Shown: positions 35,915-49,735, numbered from the stretch's first letter. The stretch is DNA of 64,000 nt from Eledone cirrhosa (GCA_964016885.1 OZ024746.1:62001-126000), one strand, 5' to 3'. Notes: generated from the letters alone by a model not told the origin. Made by a program: numbers and translations.

Positions 35915-37632
35915 ATCATCATCATTTTACGTCCGCTTTTCCCTGCTTGCACGGGTGGGACGGCTCCTATTCAGCACAGCATCTCTCCATTCGTTGTGGT
36001 TCGTCATCTCCTCCGTGAGCTTCAGCGATCTGAGGTCAGCTCTCACCACCTCTACCCATGTTTTTCGTGGTCTTCCTTCTACTGGGATTTCTTGGCACTT
36101 CTTTACTCAGCAGTGATCCTCCATGCGCATCACATGTCCATACCAACACAGTTTCTCTCTCAATGCCTGGTCGTTCACGCACATTGACATTGCACATCAA
36201 CATACATAATCTTATAATTGTATTTGTTATAAGGAATGCATAACCAGGGAATATTACACCCGATTAAGAAAAATATGGTCATTGGAACTTTCTGCGCGCA
36301 ATAAAACACATTGACATTGCACATCCAACGGAGCATGCTTGCTTCATTTCTCTCCAGCTGTCGCATATCCTCTGCAGTTGCTGCCCATGTCTCACTATCA
36401 TGCAGCATTGCGCATCTCACACAGGCATCATATAACCAGCCTTTTGTACGCAGGGAGAAACACTTCTTTGTCAACAGAGGAAGCAGCTCCCTAAACTTCT
36501 TTCAACCCGTCTTTAGTCTAGATACTATGGCCTCGGAACACCCTCCTCCCATGCTAATCTGATCCCCTAGGTACCAGAAGCTATCAACCACTTCCATAGA
36601 ACCCACCTGCATTTGAAAAATGTGTATCACTGCGACTTCTGTTAAATTTCCCTGTACATCTACTGCATACATATTTCTCTCTACCTGTTAGTTTGCCTGC
36701 TATCCTGCTACATCTCTTGTGTACCCAAGATCTGCATTGTGTACATTTTATAGAATTTATGCCAGCTGCTTTTCTACATATTGAACATGGCCATTTCTCT
36801 GATGGAATCAAAGATTTGTCCTCTTTTCTACTTACCAACACTTTTGTCTTAGCTATGTTCACTCTCAGTCCTCTTGATTCCAACTGCTGTTTCCATAGCC
36901 AGAATTTATTCTCTAGCTCCTGTATTGATTCTGCTATAAGTACCAGATCTTCAGCATAGAGAAGTTCCCATGGGTAGCCAATCTTAAACTCCTCTGTTAT
37001 GGCTTGGAGGACTATAATGAACAAAGCTGGCTGAGATCCGAACCCTGATGTACTCCTACTTGTATCTGGAATTCCTCACTAAACTCCATTCCTACTCTCG
37101 CTTTACTAACAGCGCCCCTGTACATAGCTTGCACTGTCTTCACAAGCCATTCCTCTACACCTTAATTTCTTTAGGGACCACCAGATGAGAGATCAGGGTA
37201 CCCTATCAAAGGCCTTCTCTAGGTCAACAAAGGCTAAGTATAGTGGCTTACTCTTCTCTAAGAACCTCTCTTGTAGTTGTCTCACTAAGAAGGGGGCAAC
37301 TGTTGACTTTTCCGAGGCACAAAACCAAACTGTATCTCATCTAATTTGACCCTTTCTCTAATTAATTGCGCTAATATTCTTTCTGCCACTTTCATAACCA
37401 GCTCCATCAGTTTTATGCCCCTATAATTGCTCCTCTCCAGAACATCCCCTTTACCTTTGTAGCAATTTATGAGAATACTGCTGCACCAGTCTTTGGGTAT
37501 GACTCCGCCATATATAATTTGATTGATGATGCGTGCAACCAGATGCTTTCAGCATCTCAGCAACTATCCCCGACGGTCCAGCGGCCTTACCATTTTTCAT
37601 TTCCTTAATTGCCTCTTGGACCCTATAGTTGT
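35915..37632 (-). mobile_element. 5'-truncated RTE LINE of the same family as 15831-18634, interrupted by a 108-bp insert
   Basis: ORFs 36584-37024 (WELLYAEDLVL...KWPCSICRK...CTQCRSWVHKRC...CSRC) and 36175-36474; (ATG)n tail at about 35915-35925. Confidence 0.93.
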
Positions 37633-37641
37633 CAATAATCT

Positions 37642-37676
<35 letters not shown>

Positions 37677-37852
37677 TACATACATACATACATACATACA
37701 TACACTTATACATACACAAATATACACACAAACGGTGATGATATACACTCACACACACACACACTCGCATATATACATATATGTGTTTATGTATACTGTT
37801 TGTCCTATAACTTAGAGGTTGGACAAAAAGTGGATAAAAATATATGTACTAC

Positions 37853-38062
37853 AAAATCTCTTCAATGTCCCTAGCATTACCACTGTCTGATGACTGAAAC
37901 CAGTAAGACAATGAAAGAATAAAAAGTATAGCTTTTAGAAGATTATTTAAGTTTATATGAACTGTCACTTTGAGCCAGCTTTCCTGGTATGCCAGTACCA
38001 GCAATGTTTCACTATATCCTGCCATCCCAGTATTCCATTCTGCAAGATCTTTCTGTTTACAT
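37853..38062 (-). pseudogene. Two putative exons (38062-37969 and 37893-37853) separated by a 75-nt GT-AG intron
   Basis: aacag|A TGT...CTC AAA|gtgaca...tttcag|TCA TCA...ATT TT|gtagta; CKQKDLAEWNTGMAGYSETLLVLAYQESWLK plus SSDSGNARDIEEI(L); phases match the exons at 47578-47805 and 34100-34175. Confidence 0.62.
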
Positions 38063-40649
38063 CTGTTATTTAGACCATTATCTATACAAATCAACAACTG
38101 TTTTTTATTGTTATTTTAGCCTGAGTTATTTGCTAAGTCGTTGCTGTGAATTTTGTCAAGTTATATTTTATTCCGTTTTAACCCATTCAATACTAACCCA
38201 AAACTAACCTTAGTTTCTAAGAAATAAAACCACACATTTTAAAGAGTTCCTACTTAAATTAAAACCTAATATAATTTTATATAAAAAAACATTTTGCTAC
38301 AAATGCTATCTTAATGAAATAATGATTGCAGTAAATCCTTCTAAAGTTTATTCGGTGGATTGGCAGTATCAGTAGAGGGTCGGACGCCATGCTTTGATGC
38401 ATAGATTTACAGCCCTTCTGAGTTCAAATCCCGCCGATGTTAACTTTGCTTTCATCCTTACGGGGGTCGATAAAATAAAGTACTAGTAATGCACCGGGTA
38501 ATTGCTGGCCTTGTGCCAAAAGTAGAAACAATTATTAAATAATTAAAATACAAAGTATTGGGGTTATGGAATTTCATTTTTTAAATGATTTTTGTGTCGA
38601 TGTTCAGGGTTGGACATATATCAAAAGGAATCAAGATTAAAAAATGCATTTTTTCAAGGTGTCAATCCACACCATCAATTTACATCCACTTCCCATGCTG
38701 GCAGAGTTGTTATGGTCCTACACCAGATGGGTCAGCAAACCACATGTTGCTTATACATTCCATATTTTGGCATGGTTTCTACAATTGGGTGTGACTCTTA
38801 ACATCAACTACCAATTGTTAGCACATGTGGTGATATTTATTTATGTACTAAATGAAAATAAATCCTGCAGCTCAGTAGTTAAACATGTGAAGATAAATAC
38901 CATAAACAACCATAGAAACCCTGTCTCGAAAAGTCTTGTCCATCCCATACCAGCATGGAAAAATAATAGACTTTGAAACAATGAAACAATGATGATATTC
39001 ACATTGTCCATTAATAAACATGAAAGTTTTTTGCACAAAGGTTTATTAACATTCCATCTTTTCAATTAAATTGTCGGACCCCACATTTCAAATTCAGGGA
39101 GAAGCATATATTGAAAATAAGCTTCCCTTTGCATTTCTTTCAGACAATATGAAGGTGCATGGCCTAGAGATTTGGGTGTTGGACTCAATCATACTGTCAT
39201 GGATTTGATTCCTGGACAAGGAAGTGCATTGTGTTCTTGAGTCAAGGGTTTTTTATTTCATATTGATTTTCATAAAAGGACTAAGGCTCCTATTATTAAA
39301 ACACCCAAGAAACCTGCATTGGGATGTAACCTTGTAGAAAGCCAACTAAACCAGCATAGGTGTAAGCTGTAATTTTTTTCATTTTTAGGCAATGGTCAAA
39401 ATATAACTGTTTTCTGTAGCTAACAATATGCCTTTGCAGATTATGCAACATTTAGACAGTAATTTGAAATATTTTTCTTCTACCTGAAATGGCTACATTA
39501 ATCAGACATAATCTAATAACATACTACTACCAACATCCATATTAGATATGTAAACATGTCAAATTTACAGACTTTTTTCTGTAATTTAAAAGAAATTGAT
39601 AAATACCCTTATTGGGACCTTATCAAAGAATGTCTATATCATTAAACAACCACAGAGAAATATTTGTCAAATTACATAAATAATTAGCTTGAGAGTTCCA
39701 TATCATCATCACTGTTTAACATCCATTTTTCCATGCTAGCATGGGTTAGACGAGTTGTCTCATTTGAAGCAAGTCAGGTCAAGTGACAGTGTCTTGCTCA
39801 TACAGAACTGTTTCTGGCTTGGTTTCTATGGCTGGATGCCCTTCCCAATGCCAACTACATTTACAGTGTGGACTGGGTGCTTTTTATCATGGCTCCAAAA
39901 CAGCCACTTTACAGTGTGGACTTGGTGCTTTTTGTTGTGACACCAACACAACCACTTTACAGTATGGGCTGGGAGCTTTTTGTCATGGCACCAAAATAAC
40001 CAGTTTACAGTGTGTGCTGGGGTGTAAAGTCATGGGTGATGGGTGGGGTGTATACTTTAAAAAAGAAAATCTGAAAAGATAATGTCATTGGAAACCATAC
40101 AAAATAATAGTACAAACAATTATAGTAAAGTGCTTGGCACTAACAACATAGGACAGAGAGAACTTCACAGATGTGAGAATTTCTTTAGTACTGGTACCAC
40201 AATAAAATGGTTTCTGATTAAGGCACATGGCCAACAATTTTGTGGCAAGGGGAAAGTTAATTAAATCAACCCCAGTGCATTAGGAAGTGTATCCAACTGT
40301 AAAAACCATGCTAGAAATGCAACCTATTATGCAAGATCTGATTCACTGACCCATCTATGACTAGATATGATAAAGTACTGACTTGATCTGTAAAGATCTG
40401 TCCAACTCATGCTAGTATAAAAAAACAGATGTTAAATGATGATGCTTGTGAAATTAAATTACAAAATTCATAGCACATATCTAGTTTTAGAAAAAATACA
40501 GAACACAATACAATAATTATATATGTGTGTGTGTATCATCATCATTGCACCATTGTTGTGAGCAATGCCAGATTAGATTACCATGTCTTGCTCATTTAGA
40601 ACTGATTTTGGCTTGGTTTCTACAGCTGGATGCCCTTCCAAATGCCAAC

Positions 40650-40815
40650 CACATTTACAGTGTAGACTGGGTGTCTTTTGTCGTGACACCTACACGACCA
40701 CTTTATAGTGTGGAATGGGTGCTTTTTTTGTCGTGACACCTACACGATCACTTTATAGTGTGGAATCGGTGCTTTTTGTCGTGACACCTACACAACCACT
40801 TTACAGTGTGGGCTG
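40650..40815. repeat. Tandem ~46-bp internal repeats of an RTE-tailed SINE family (also at about 13340-13480, 39855-40020, 44830-45050, 50375-50520)
   Basis: Units like ccactttacagtgtggaatgggtgctttttgtcgtgacacctacacga, repeated 3-4 times. Confidence 0.8.
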
Positions 40816-40896
40816 GAGGCTTCAGTAGATGCTAGGGAAGGTTGGGGTGGTACATACTATACATATGGAGGTGGTGCATACGGTATATGTGTGTGT

Positions 40897-41122
40897 CATC
40901 TTCCTCATTTTACGTCCGCTTTTCCCTGCTTGCAAAGGTGAGACGGGTCCAATTCAGCATCTCTCCACTTGTCACGGTCCTTCGTCATCTCCTCCGTGAG
41001 CTTCAGCGATCTGAGGTCTGCTCTCACCACCTCCACGCATGTTTTTCGTGGTCTTCCTCTACTGTGTCTTCCTTCTACTGGGATTTCTTGGCACTTCTTT
41101 ACCCAGCGGTCATCCTCCATGT
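40897..41122 (-). mobile_element. Short RTE 3' fragment
   Basis: ORF 40905-41120 MEDDRWVKKCQEIPVEGRHSRGRPRKT; 3' end shared with the other RTE copies. Confidence 0.88.
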
Positions 41123-42435
41123 GGCATTAAGACCGATACAATTAATGTAGTCAAGTTTAATATATTAAAGGAAGCTGAGTGGAGATAGTACTACATGTTA
41201 ATGGTCCTTGAATTAAACCACTACATGTAATAACATTTGTTGTAGTTTTTAGTGGCAAATAGAATACTGGAAAACATTCAACAGATATGAGTTATGGTGT
41301 GACCAGCTCAGAAGAAACCATAGTTAATAACTGTTGAAAAGATATAGCATAATGATGAACCAGAGATGAGAAAGAGCTTTACAGTGATGGTGCCACAATA
41401 AAATACAGCCAGCTGTAGAAAGTGTGCTAAAACACGGAATGTAATGAATAAGACATGGTTATTCAATGATGTCTTGTTTTGGTCTAAGACAATTTGTCCA
41501 AACCATGCCAGCATGGAAAACAAATGTAAAGTGATGGTGATGATGATGAGAGACCAAGAAAAGCTTTTTCCTAAATGCAGTTAGGATGTCAGTGACTAAA
41601 GGTGTATCATGGCATATAATAAAACAATACTTCATACTGCATTATATTCAAATGTAAAAAAATGAATAGTGCATAATTGAAATGTTTTGTTTTTTTTTGC
41701 TCTGAAGAGAAAACCAATTCTTTTACTGCATAAAGTTTACTTATTGGTACTGATTTCACATATGTAGAGTCAAGGACAAAATGCCTTGCAATATTTGTTC
41801 TGATTTTACATTCTGAGTTCAAATCAAGCAAAGGTCAACTTTGCCTTTCATCCTTTCAGGGGTCAATAAAATAAAGTACTAGTCAAGTACTGAGGTTGAA
41901 TTTATCAACTCTGCTGGCTTTATAACTAAATTAGAAATCCATTTGTTCCAGCTCTATGTATTTTCAATTAAAATCCTGCTGAGATCAACTTTGCCCTACA
42001 TCTTTTCAGTGTTCGTGGCAGTGAACTGGTGGAATTGTTAGAATATCAGATAAGAAGCTTTGCAATATTTTTTCTGTTTCTTTGTGTGTGTGTGTTCTGA
42101 GTTCAAATCCCATAGTGGTCAGCCTACTTCAGCAGTAGACTCAAACTATTACCCAGTTCAACATCACTTCCTGGTCCTGGGATGGGGGTGGGAGTGGTGG
42201 GGTGTCTTTAACAGTCTATTCTGCTGCCTGGTTTAATACAACCTGCTGGTCTTTGGGTGCCTTTCGCAGAGTCCATACTGTTCTAAGCATTCAGACCAGG
42301 TATCTGATGATTTCATATGAATGAAACAGTTCTATTCATGTAGAAGCCATTTCTATATTAAGTAATGATTCTTACACTCTACTAATGTATTCAGTATCTT
42401 TTTTAACTGTGGTTACCCCCCGATTTTACTTGGGA

Positions 42436-43890
42436 TCTACATATCATTATCTATAAAAGGCAGATTGTTGTTGTTGTGTGTGTGTGTGTGCATGTTCCAT
42501 GTTTATACATTTGCACAATTTCAAACCGATTCGACTCAAAGTCTGGAAAAATGTTGTAAATGATCTAACTTAGGTCAACGACTATTTATTTTATTCCAAC
42601 TCACCCACAATTATGGAAATCATAATCTATAAAGCTCAGTGTGTGGTCATGCTCCTTTCTTATAGAAATCTACGATATAGAATTTCTTCAATTGAAATTT
42701 ACAATTCAGTATTCGAAATAGTTTCGATTGCGTCTTGGCACATCTCATTTTTTCAATTTCACCCACAATTACGCAAAAAATAGATAAAACTCAATATTTT
42801 ACGATTTTTCTCTCTCATTTAAACTGCTAAACTCTTTCCACTACCATTCAAAATCTATACAACTTCATACTTTCTGCTACTTTCTCTTTCCAAGCTTGAT
42901 GGTCATACTGTCCGTTTTACTCTCTCATATCATCTGCTTTCCTATATCTACAACCCACACATTTTGCTACTTTCTCTTTTATACTTCAAATTATTACATT
43001 TCATACGAAACGACAATTATTCAAAAGCAACAGATACATTTATTCAACAACAAGCGATAAATCTTTTTTAAAACCTCTTTTCCAAACGCATACAAACACA
43101 CACTCACTTCAACAACAACAACAATCTGTTTTTATAGATAATGATAAACAATAATATCCTCTATGAGGTCACTAAACCTGCTAGAAACAGCAGCTAACTC
43201 TCCCCCATATCACACCACTCCCTACTGTCTTAAATTTAGAAAACATATCTTCTATGAGGTCACTAAACCTGCTAGAAACAGCAGCTAACTCTCCCCCATA
43301 TCACACCACTCCCTACTATCTTAAATTTAGAAAACATCCTCTATGAGGTTACTAAACCTGCTAGAAACAGCAGCTAACTCTCCCCCATATCACACCCATC
43401 CCTACTGTCTTAAATTTAGAAAACATCTATGAGGTCACTAAACCTGCTAGAAACAGCAGCTAACTCTCCTCCATATCACACCACTCCCTACTGTCTTAAA
43501 TTTAGAAAACATATCCTCTATGAGGTCACTAAACCTGCTAGAAACAACAGCTAACTCTCCCTCATATCACAACCCTCCCTACCGTCTTAAATTTAGAAAA
43601 CACACAGACAACCATGCAGAACAACTCCATCGCAGCTCTGTTGTTCGGCTGCCATCGTCTACGCGCGTGTTGCGCAAGTACTGTGAAACAATAAATTTAA
43701 ACACTTTTTTGCACAGAGATAATATCCATAGGCGAAACTACAATTGTCACTGCTGGCGCAGCTCCTGCTTCCAGGTCTGCAATTCATTCACCCAGTGCCT
43801 GACAGACAAAAAAGTGCTGCCATAAAATGGGTGGTGCAACCTAACTTTGGTAACTTACTGACCCCGAGCAACGCCGGGCTTTAATGCTAG
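42436..43890 (+). mobile_element. Non-autonomous Helitron with an internal tandem array
   Basis: 5' A|TC at 42436 (or 42450, tctataaaaggcag) followed by (GT)n; 3' hairpin cccgagcaacgccggg and CTAG|T at 43887-43890, same end type as 11593 and 12938. Confidence 0.8.
43157..43601. repeat. Tandem minisatellite, 5 units of about 88-92 bp
   Basis: Unit ctctatgaggtcactaaacctgctagaaacagcagctaactctcccccatatcacaccactccctactgtcttaaatttagaaaacat. Confidence 0.95.
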
Positions 43891-45672
43891 TATATATATA
43901 TATGTATCATCATCACCCTTTAACGTCCATTTTTCCATGGGTTAGACGAGTTGTCCTGTTGTGAGACAAGTTAGATCAGATGACCATACATGCTCAAAAA
44001 TAACCAGTTCTGGCTTTGTTTCTACAGCTGGATGCCCTTCCTCACACCAACTACATTTAGTGTGGACTGGGCACTTTTTGTATACACACACACAGAGTAC
44101 ATTTTAAGTGATTGATACCTAATCTAAATTTATGAAGTAAGATGATGATAAGAGCTAGTCACCATTTTAGTTTAGAGTGTTTAAAGCTTGAGAAACATAA
44201 TGCATATCATGAATGCTTGGTACATATTGCTATCATTTATATATATTTCTGATATATTCAGTCCTTTAACTTTTTAATTGGAAACTAGATATACCTCTCC
44301 TGGGAAGATGAAATACTATAGACTAGAATCTTTCTATGGAATAAGTTTTATCAATTTAATACAAGAGAAAATGTAAAAACAAGCTAGAATGATATGAGCC
44401 CACCATAGCTTATATAATGGTGATGGATCCTCTGTCTGTGATGAGTACTCTGTTGTTTGACTAACTGAATTTCCAATGTGTGTAAGTGACTGAGTATTCC
44501 TGACATGGAATTCCTAAACCAATTCAGCAGGACATAACATGACAAAGCTGAATATTTGAATTACAGACACAATCCATCCAACAGATTTTAACACAATTTC
44601 CATCTACCCAAATGTCTTTACCATAACTTCAGGTCAACTCAGGACTTGTCGGTGAAATCTGGTAGATGGAAACTGTGGAGAAGCCTGTCAGATGAATTCA
44701 TCATCACCGTTTAATATCTATTTTCCATGCTTGCACAGCTTTGAAAGATCAAGTGACTATGCCTTGCTCATATGTTGTTTTTTGACTAGATTTTCTATGG
44801 CTCGATGCCCTTCTTAATGCTAAACCCCTTACAAGATGGAATGGGTGCTTTGTGTCATATCACCAGCATGACCCTCAACAGGGTAGGATGGGTGTTTTGT
44901 GTCATGTCATCAGCATGACACTCAATAGGTTGGACTGGGTGCTTTGTGTCAGGTCATCAGTATCACCCTCTTACAGGGTGGACAGGGTGTTTTTTGTCAT
45001 GACACTAACACAACCTTCTTACAGAGTGGATTGGGTTATGTTGTATGACACTAGTGCTACCTATAATTCAAAAGTCCAGCCTTGTCCCACATTGATTCAG
45101 CTTGGTCGATAAAATAAAGTACCAGTAATGTACTGGGTAATTGCTGGCCTTGTGCCAAAAGTAGAAACAATTGTTAAGAGTACACATGTCTATGGAGTAC
45201 TCAACTAATTACATGATGGAAAAACTGAATGCTCATTGTTAAAGCTAACAGAGGATCCATGTTAAGTGTGCATGAATGATGGAACATAATTGAGTTGAGA
45301 CAAAAATTAAATACAAGAGGAATCAAATGTATCATGCAAGAAGAGAAGACTGAACTGGTATGGACACGTGATATGTATGGGAGCTGACACTTGTATAAAG
45401 CAATACATAGCAAAACATGGGACAAAAGGAAGACATGTACTTTTAATTGCTTAATTCCACATGAAACTGAGATAAGTTACAGCCAGATGAGCCTTTAGTC
45501 TCAACAAAAACTTTAAATAGCAACTAGCTCACTGCCCTAAAATGTGGGAATACTGAAGAATTTAAAGTTCTTTGTTGGGTTCATGTTAATGTTTTCTCTC
45601 ACAAGATCCTGAAATTGATAAGATCACTGATATTTTTTGACTGATTTATATATTGTTTTCAGAAACAGCAGA

Positions 45673-46000
45673 GGCACATGGCTTAGTGGTTAGAGCATTG
45701 GCCTTGCAATCGAAAGGTTGTGAGTTCAATTCTCAGACCGGGTGATGTGTTGTTTCCTTGAGCAAGACACTTTATTTCACATTGCTCCAGTTTACTCAGC
45801 TGTAGAAATGAGATGATAGGGACTGGGGTCCATATCATTCCACTGCAAAGTGGTCGTGGAGGTGCCACGGCAAAAAAGCACCCAGCACTCACTGTAAATG
45901 AGGTTGGTGTTAGGAAGGGCATCCAGCTGTAGAAATCAAGCCAAAATCAGTTCCCGTCCCCAGGGAAAAAGCGGACGTAAAATGAAATGAAATGAAATGA
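45673..46000 (+). mobile_element. tRNA-derived RTE-tailed SINE, second copy
   Basis: Near-identical to 14519-14838; (AAATG)n tail. Confidence 0.88.
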
Positions 46001-46591
46001 AATAAAATAGAATTACAATGGCTGTGAGGTTAAATAAAAAGCTGGACTACTGAACACATGCTCAAAAGTTCACAATTGTTGTCTCTAGGCATATAACTCC
46101 GGGTTCACCTCTTTCGACAATAATTGTTCCGTCTCTCTAGTTCACATCTTACTACAACAATTGTGTTGTCTCTAGACACACAACTCATACTTCCATAGTT
46201 GGTATGACTGACAAAGAAACATTCAAATAGTAACATAACATGTAAAGCCAATTGCTCCAATATAAACTATTCTAACCCATTTCTGTATATGGAAAAATAA
46301 ATGTAAAAACAGTTGAGAAAAATTAATTCCTGTAACAGTAGTGGTATTGGTTAAAGAAGATGAAATATGACCAGATAATACATTGTCTTTGTGTAAGAGA
46401 CTTTATTTCATGTTGCTCCAGTTTAATTAGCTGAAAATGAGTACTGGCAGCAGCTGGAGGAGTTAACCCTGCAAAGGGTTGACATTCTGTCTAGGAGTGA
46501 GAGTATTGTGTTCACAGTTGCGTAATTTAACATCTTGTACTGCATGAAACTGCATTATTAGCAAAGCATTCTCGAAAAGTATAAAACAACA

Positions 46592-47085
46592 CTATGCTGA
46601 TGACTTGGTTCTTATAGCTGAATCTATGGAAGAGCTAGAGAAGAAATTCTGGTTGGGGATATGTAACTTAGAATTGAAGTGGCTCAGAGTAAACTTAGCA
46701 AAAACCAAAGTTTTAGTAAGTAAGAAAGACAAGAGCCTGATCCCATGAGGAAAGTGGCCGTGCTCAATATGTAGAAATGGACTGAGTAGAAACTCTATAT
46801 GAAGTACACAAGAGGTATAGTGGGATAACAGGCAGACTAACAGAAAAGGTGGACTTTGTATGTAATAGATATACAGGGATAGTTAGTAGTAAGAGTATCA
46901 GTGAAATATACTTTTTCTAACCCCAGGATCCATAGAAGTGGTTGATAGCTTCTGCTACCTGTTAATTAGAAGAGTGGAGGAGGTTGCTCTGAGAGTATAC
47001 TAGCTAGAATAAGAAGAGCATGGAAATAGTTCAGGGAGTTACTACCTCTGTTGACAACAAATGGTTTATGAATGAAATGCCTGTG
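46592..47085 (+). mobile_element. Older RTE fragment (RT C-terminus and PHD-finger region)
   Basis: tatgctgatgacttggttcttatagctgaatc (YADDLVLIAES), aagtggccgtgctcaatatgtaga (KWPCSICR); collinear with 17773-18330. Confidence 0.85.
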
Positions 47086-47378
47086 TGATGTGCCAGCTGC
47101 ATGGTGACCATGTGTGATGTGCCAGCTGTATGGTGACCATGTGTGATGTGCCAGCTGTATGGTGACCATGTGTGATGTGCCAGCTGTATGATGACTGTGT
47201 GTGATGTGCCAGCTGTATGGTGACCATGTGTGATGTGTCAGCTGTATGGTGACCATGTGTGATGTGCCAGCTGTATGATGACTGTGTGTGATGTGCCAGC
47301 TGTATGATGACTGTGTGTGATGTGCCAGCTGTATGATGACTGTGTGTGATGTGCCAGCTGTATGGTGACTGTGTGATG
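47081..47378. repeat. Minisatellite, about 10 units of 29 bp
   Basis: Unit gtgtgatgtgccagctgtatggtgaccat. Confidence 0.95.
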
Positions 47379-47577
47379 TTAATCTTTACGACCATCATCA
47401 TCGTCTTCATTTTATGCCCACTTTTCCATGCTTGCATGGGTTAGAGGAGTCATTTTCAGCATAGCATCCTTCCCTTTGTTGTGTACCTTCAGCATGGCTA
47501 AGGTGGGATTGTTTTTTTAAAACTATCAAAAAACAGATGTCACACCACCCAGCTTGTCTTCTATTCTCCCTTCTTAC

Positions 47578-47805
47578 CTTTTCTAGGCCTCAGTCATTCT
47601 TCGTTGTCTACATGCTGAACTGCAATCCATAGTTTTCTTTTCTGTTTCTCCCCTTTCTATATCTTTTTCTCTTTTGGCTAAACCCTCGCACACCATTCTC
47701 TCCCTTCTTTCTCAGTTGATGCACTTGGGATACTTTTTCATCTGCAATTTGCCAAAAGGTATAACTTGTCCTGCCTTTGTCTCTTTTGTTGCATCCCAAT
47801 GTGTA
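47578..47805 (-). pseudogene. Putative internal exon (228 nt, phase 2 to 2) with two in-frame stops
   Basis: attccag|T ACA CAT TGG...AAA AG|gtaaga; THWDATKETKAGQVIPFGKLQMKKYPKCIN*ERRERMVCEGLAKREKDIERGETEKKTMDCSSACRQRRMTEA*K; TGA at 47712-47714 and TAG at 47583-47585. Confidence 0.62.
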
Positions 47806-47944
47806 CTGGAATGACAGTATCAATTATAATTTACTGAAACTGTAGTGATTTCCAGAGGTTGACAGGAGATAGGATAGTCCATTTTCTTGGTCTTTTCCCT
47901 GTGCACCCTGCTGTTTTGTATTATATACATTATTATTATTATTT

Positions 47945-47958
47945 TATATATATATATA

Positions 47959-48018
<60 letters not shown>

Positions 48019-48226
48019 TGATGATGAATATATGTATAAAATATCTATGTATATTTAATATATATATACATATATATATGTACACACACATATACATATA
48101 ATATATATGTACACATATAATATATATATATATATACACATATAATATATATATATATATACACATATAATATATATATACACATATAATATATATATAC
48201 ACATATAATATATATATACACATATA

Positions 48227-48257
<31 letters not shown>

Positions 48258-48258
48258 T
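47945..48258. repeat. Compound (TA)n / (TA)n-CACATATAA microsatellite
   Basis: Visible directly; it produces the spurious YIYI ORFs. Confidence 0.95.
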
Positions 48259-48340
48259 GAAAATTATCTTCAAGATAAATTCAACAAAAATACCAGACCA
48301 TTCAATTAAGCAAAAAATATTAACATTGTATGAGTATATA

Positions 48341-48530
48341 TGAGGATCGGCAGAAAAGTTCATAGGCTGAATATGATGGATTGATGCCAGAGCTGTGAAA
48401 TCTTGCATGCATTCATTTCAACTCTTCTTAATAACTGTATTGTTTCTTTCCAGGAATTATGTTGAAAAATAAACCACATTTGGTCATTCTAGGAGAGTAT
48501 TTTGGTCAGCCTATGAACTTTTCAGGGGAT
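48341..48530. mobile_element. Mariner-derived MITE
   Basis: TIR core gaaaagttcataggctga / tcagcctatgaacttttc; TA on the left flank; homologous to 15168-15352. Confidence 0.68.
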
Positions 48531-48588
48531 TTTCGCCTGTATGTTTATGTATATGTGTGTATGTATATATACATACACACACGTGTGC

Positions 48589-48651
<63 letters not shown>

Positions 48652-49735
48652 TGCGTGTCTGTATGTATATATATATGTAGATAGAAATATATTATATTAG
48701 CTGATAAGTTCACTCTGCTTGCTTCCAGCCAGTGCCAAGCTTAACATATTTGCTTCACTCACACTTTTACAATTTAGTAAAAATAATTCATCTATATTCT
48801 ATAAATTGAAAAAACATTGTAGTCTATATAAATTGAATTTATAATAAAAATTGTGATTTTATTAAGAATACTGTAATCTGCTCCTCTCTGTTTTTATTCT
48901 AATCTTTCAGATGTGTTTATCTCTCCCACCACTCTCTCTTTCTTCTACTCTAGTGAATCTCTCTCTCTCTCTCAAAGACTAGAGAGAGAAGGCTATAAGG
49001 CAGAGTATGTGAGGGGAAGAGATAATAGGAGAAAGTGTTTTATAGAGAAAGATATTTTGATAAACCATGTTAACCCTTCAGCATTTAAACCGGCTGTATC
49101 CAGCCAGAATTCTCTCATGTCTTTCTGTTCAAACTGGCTGCTCATACTGATGTTAAGGTATTGTTCTCAAAATAAATAGCATCAAAATCTCCAACATTCA
49201 ATATTATGTGAGATAATTATGTCAGGGGAAGCCTTTAACACAAAAATACAATAATATATAGAGAATAATGTAAATGCTAAAGGGTCAAATCAAAAGTTAT
49301 TTTAATTGTTAAATTGAAACTTTCTAATCTATTCTTAAGACTCATGTTTTAGTTTTATTTCACTGATAATTGGATTGAGAAAAACTAATTAGTAAATAAT
49401 AAAGAGATAAAGATGAAAGTTCACTTTCCAAAAAGGAGCCAAAAGATAAGATAGACACATAAACCTATTTCTCCAGTTATGGTCTCACATATCTACAAAC
49501 CAAAGAATAAAGTTCAAAGTCAATAACTTCCATTGTATTTATTCTAAACTAACAATTTAACTATATTTGTTCATGTTACTAACATCATTAGGAATCTGAA
49601 TAAAAAGCAATGACTTTGCTAATGATATTAACAAAGAAATAACCAATTAATTAAAGATATTAATTAACTACAGAAATAACCAATATTTTTAGTCTTTAAA
49701 AAAAAAAAAATACTAAACAAATAATAAGACAGAAC

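Noticed and set aside
43157-43601. CRISPR-like array (also considered for 47081-47378 and 62170-62440)
   Set aside because: Units are contiguous with no unique spacers, there are no cas genes, and the context is eukaryotic.
47608-47823. 71-aa stop-free minus ORF as the true reading frame of this exon
   Set aside because: It terminates before the donor site and is out of phase with the next exon; the stop-containing frame fits the downstream phase.
47859-48713. ORFs rich in YI/CV/HT
   Set aside because: Translations of (TA)n and (CA)n microsatellites.
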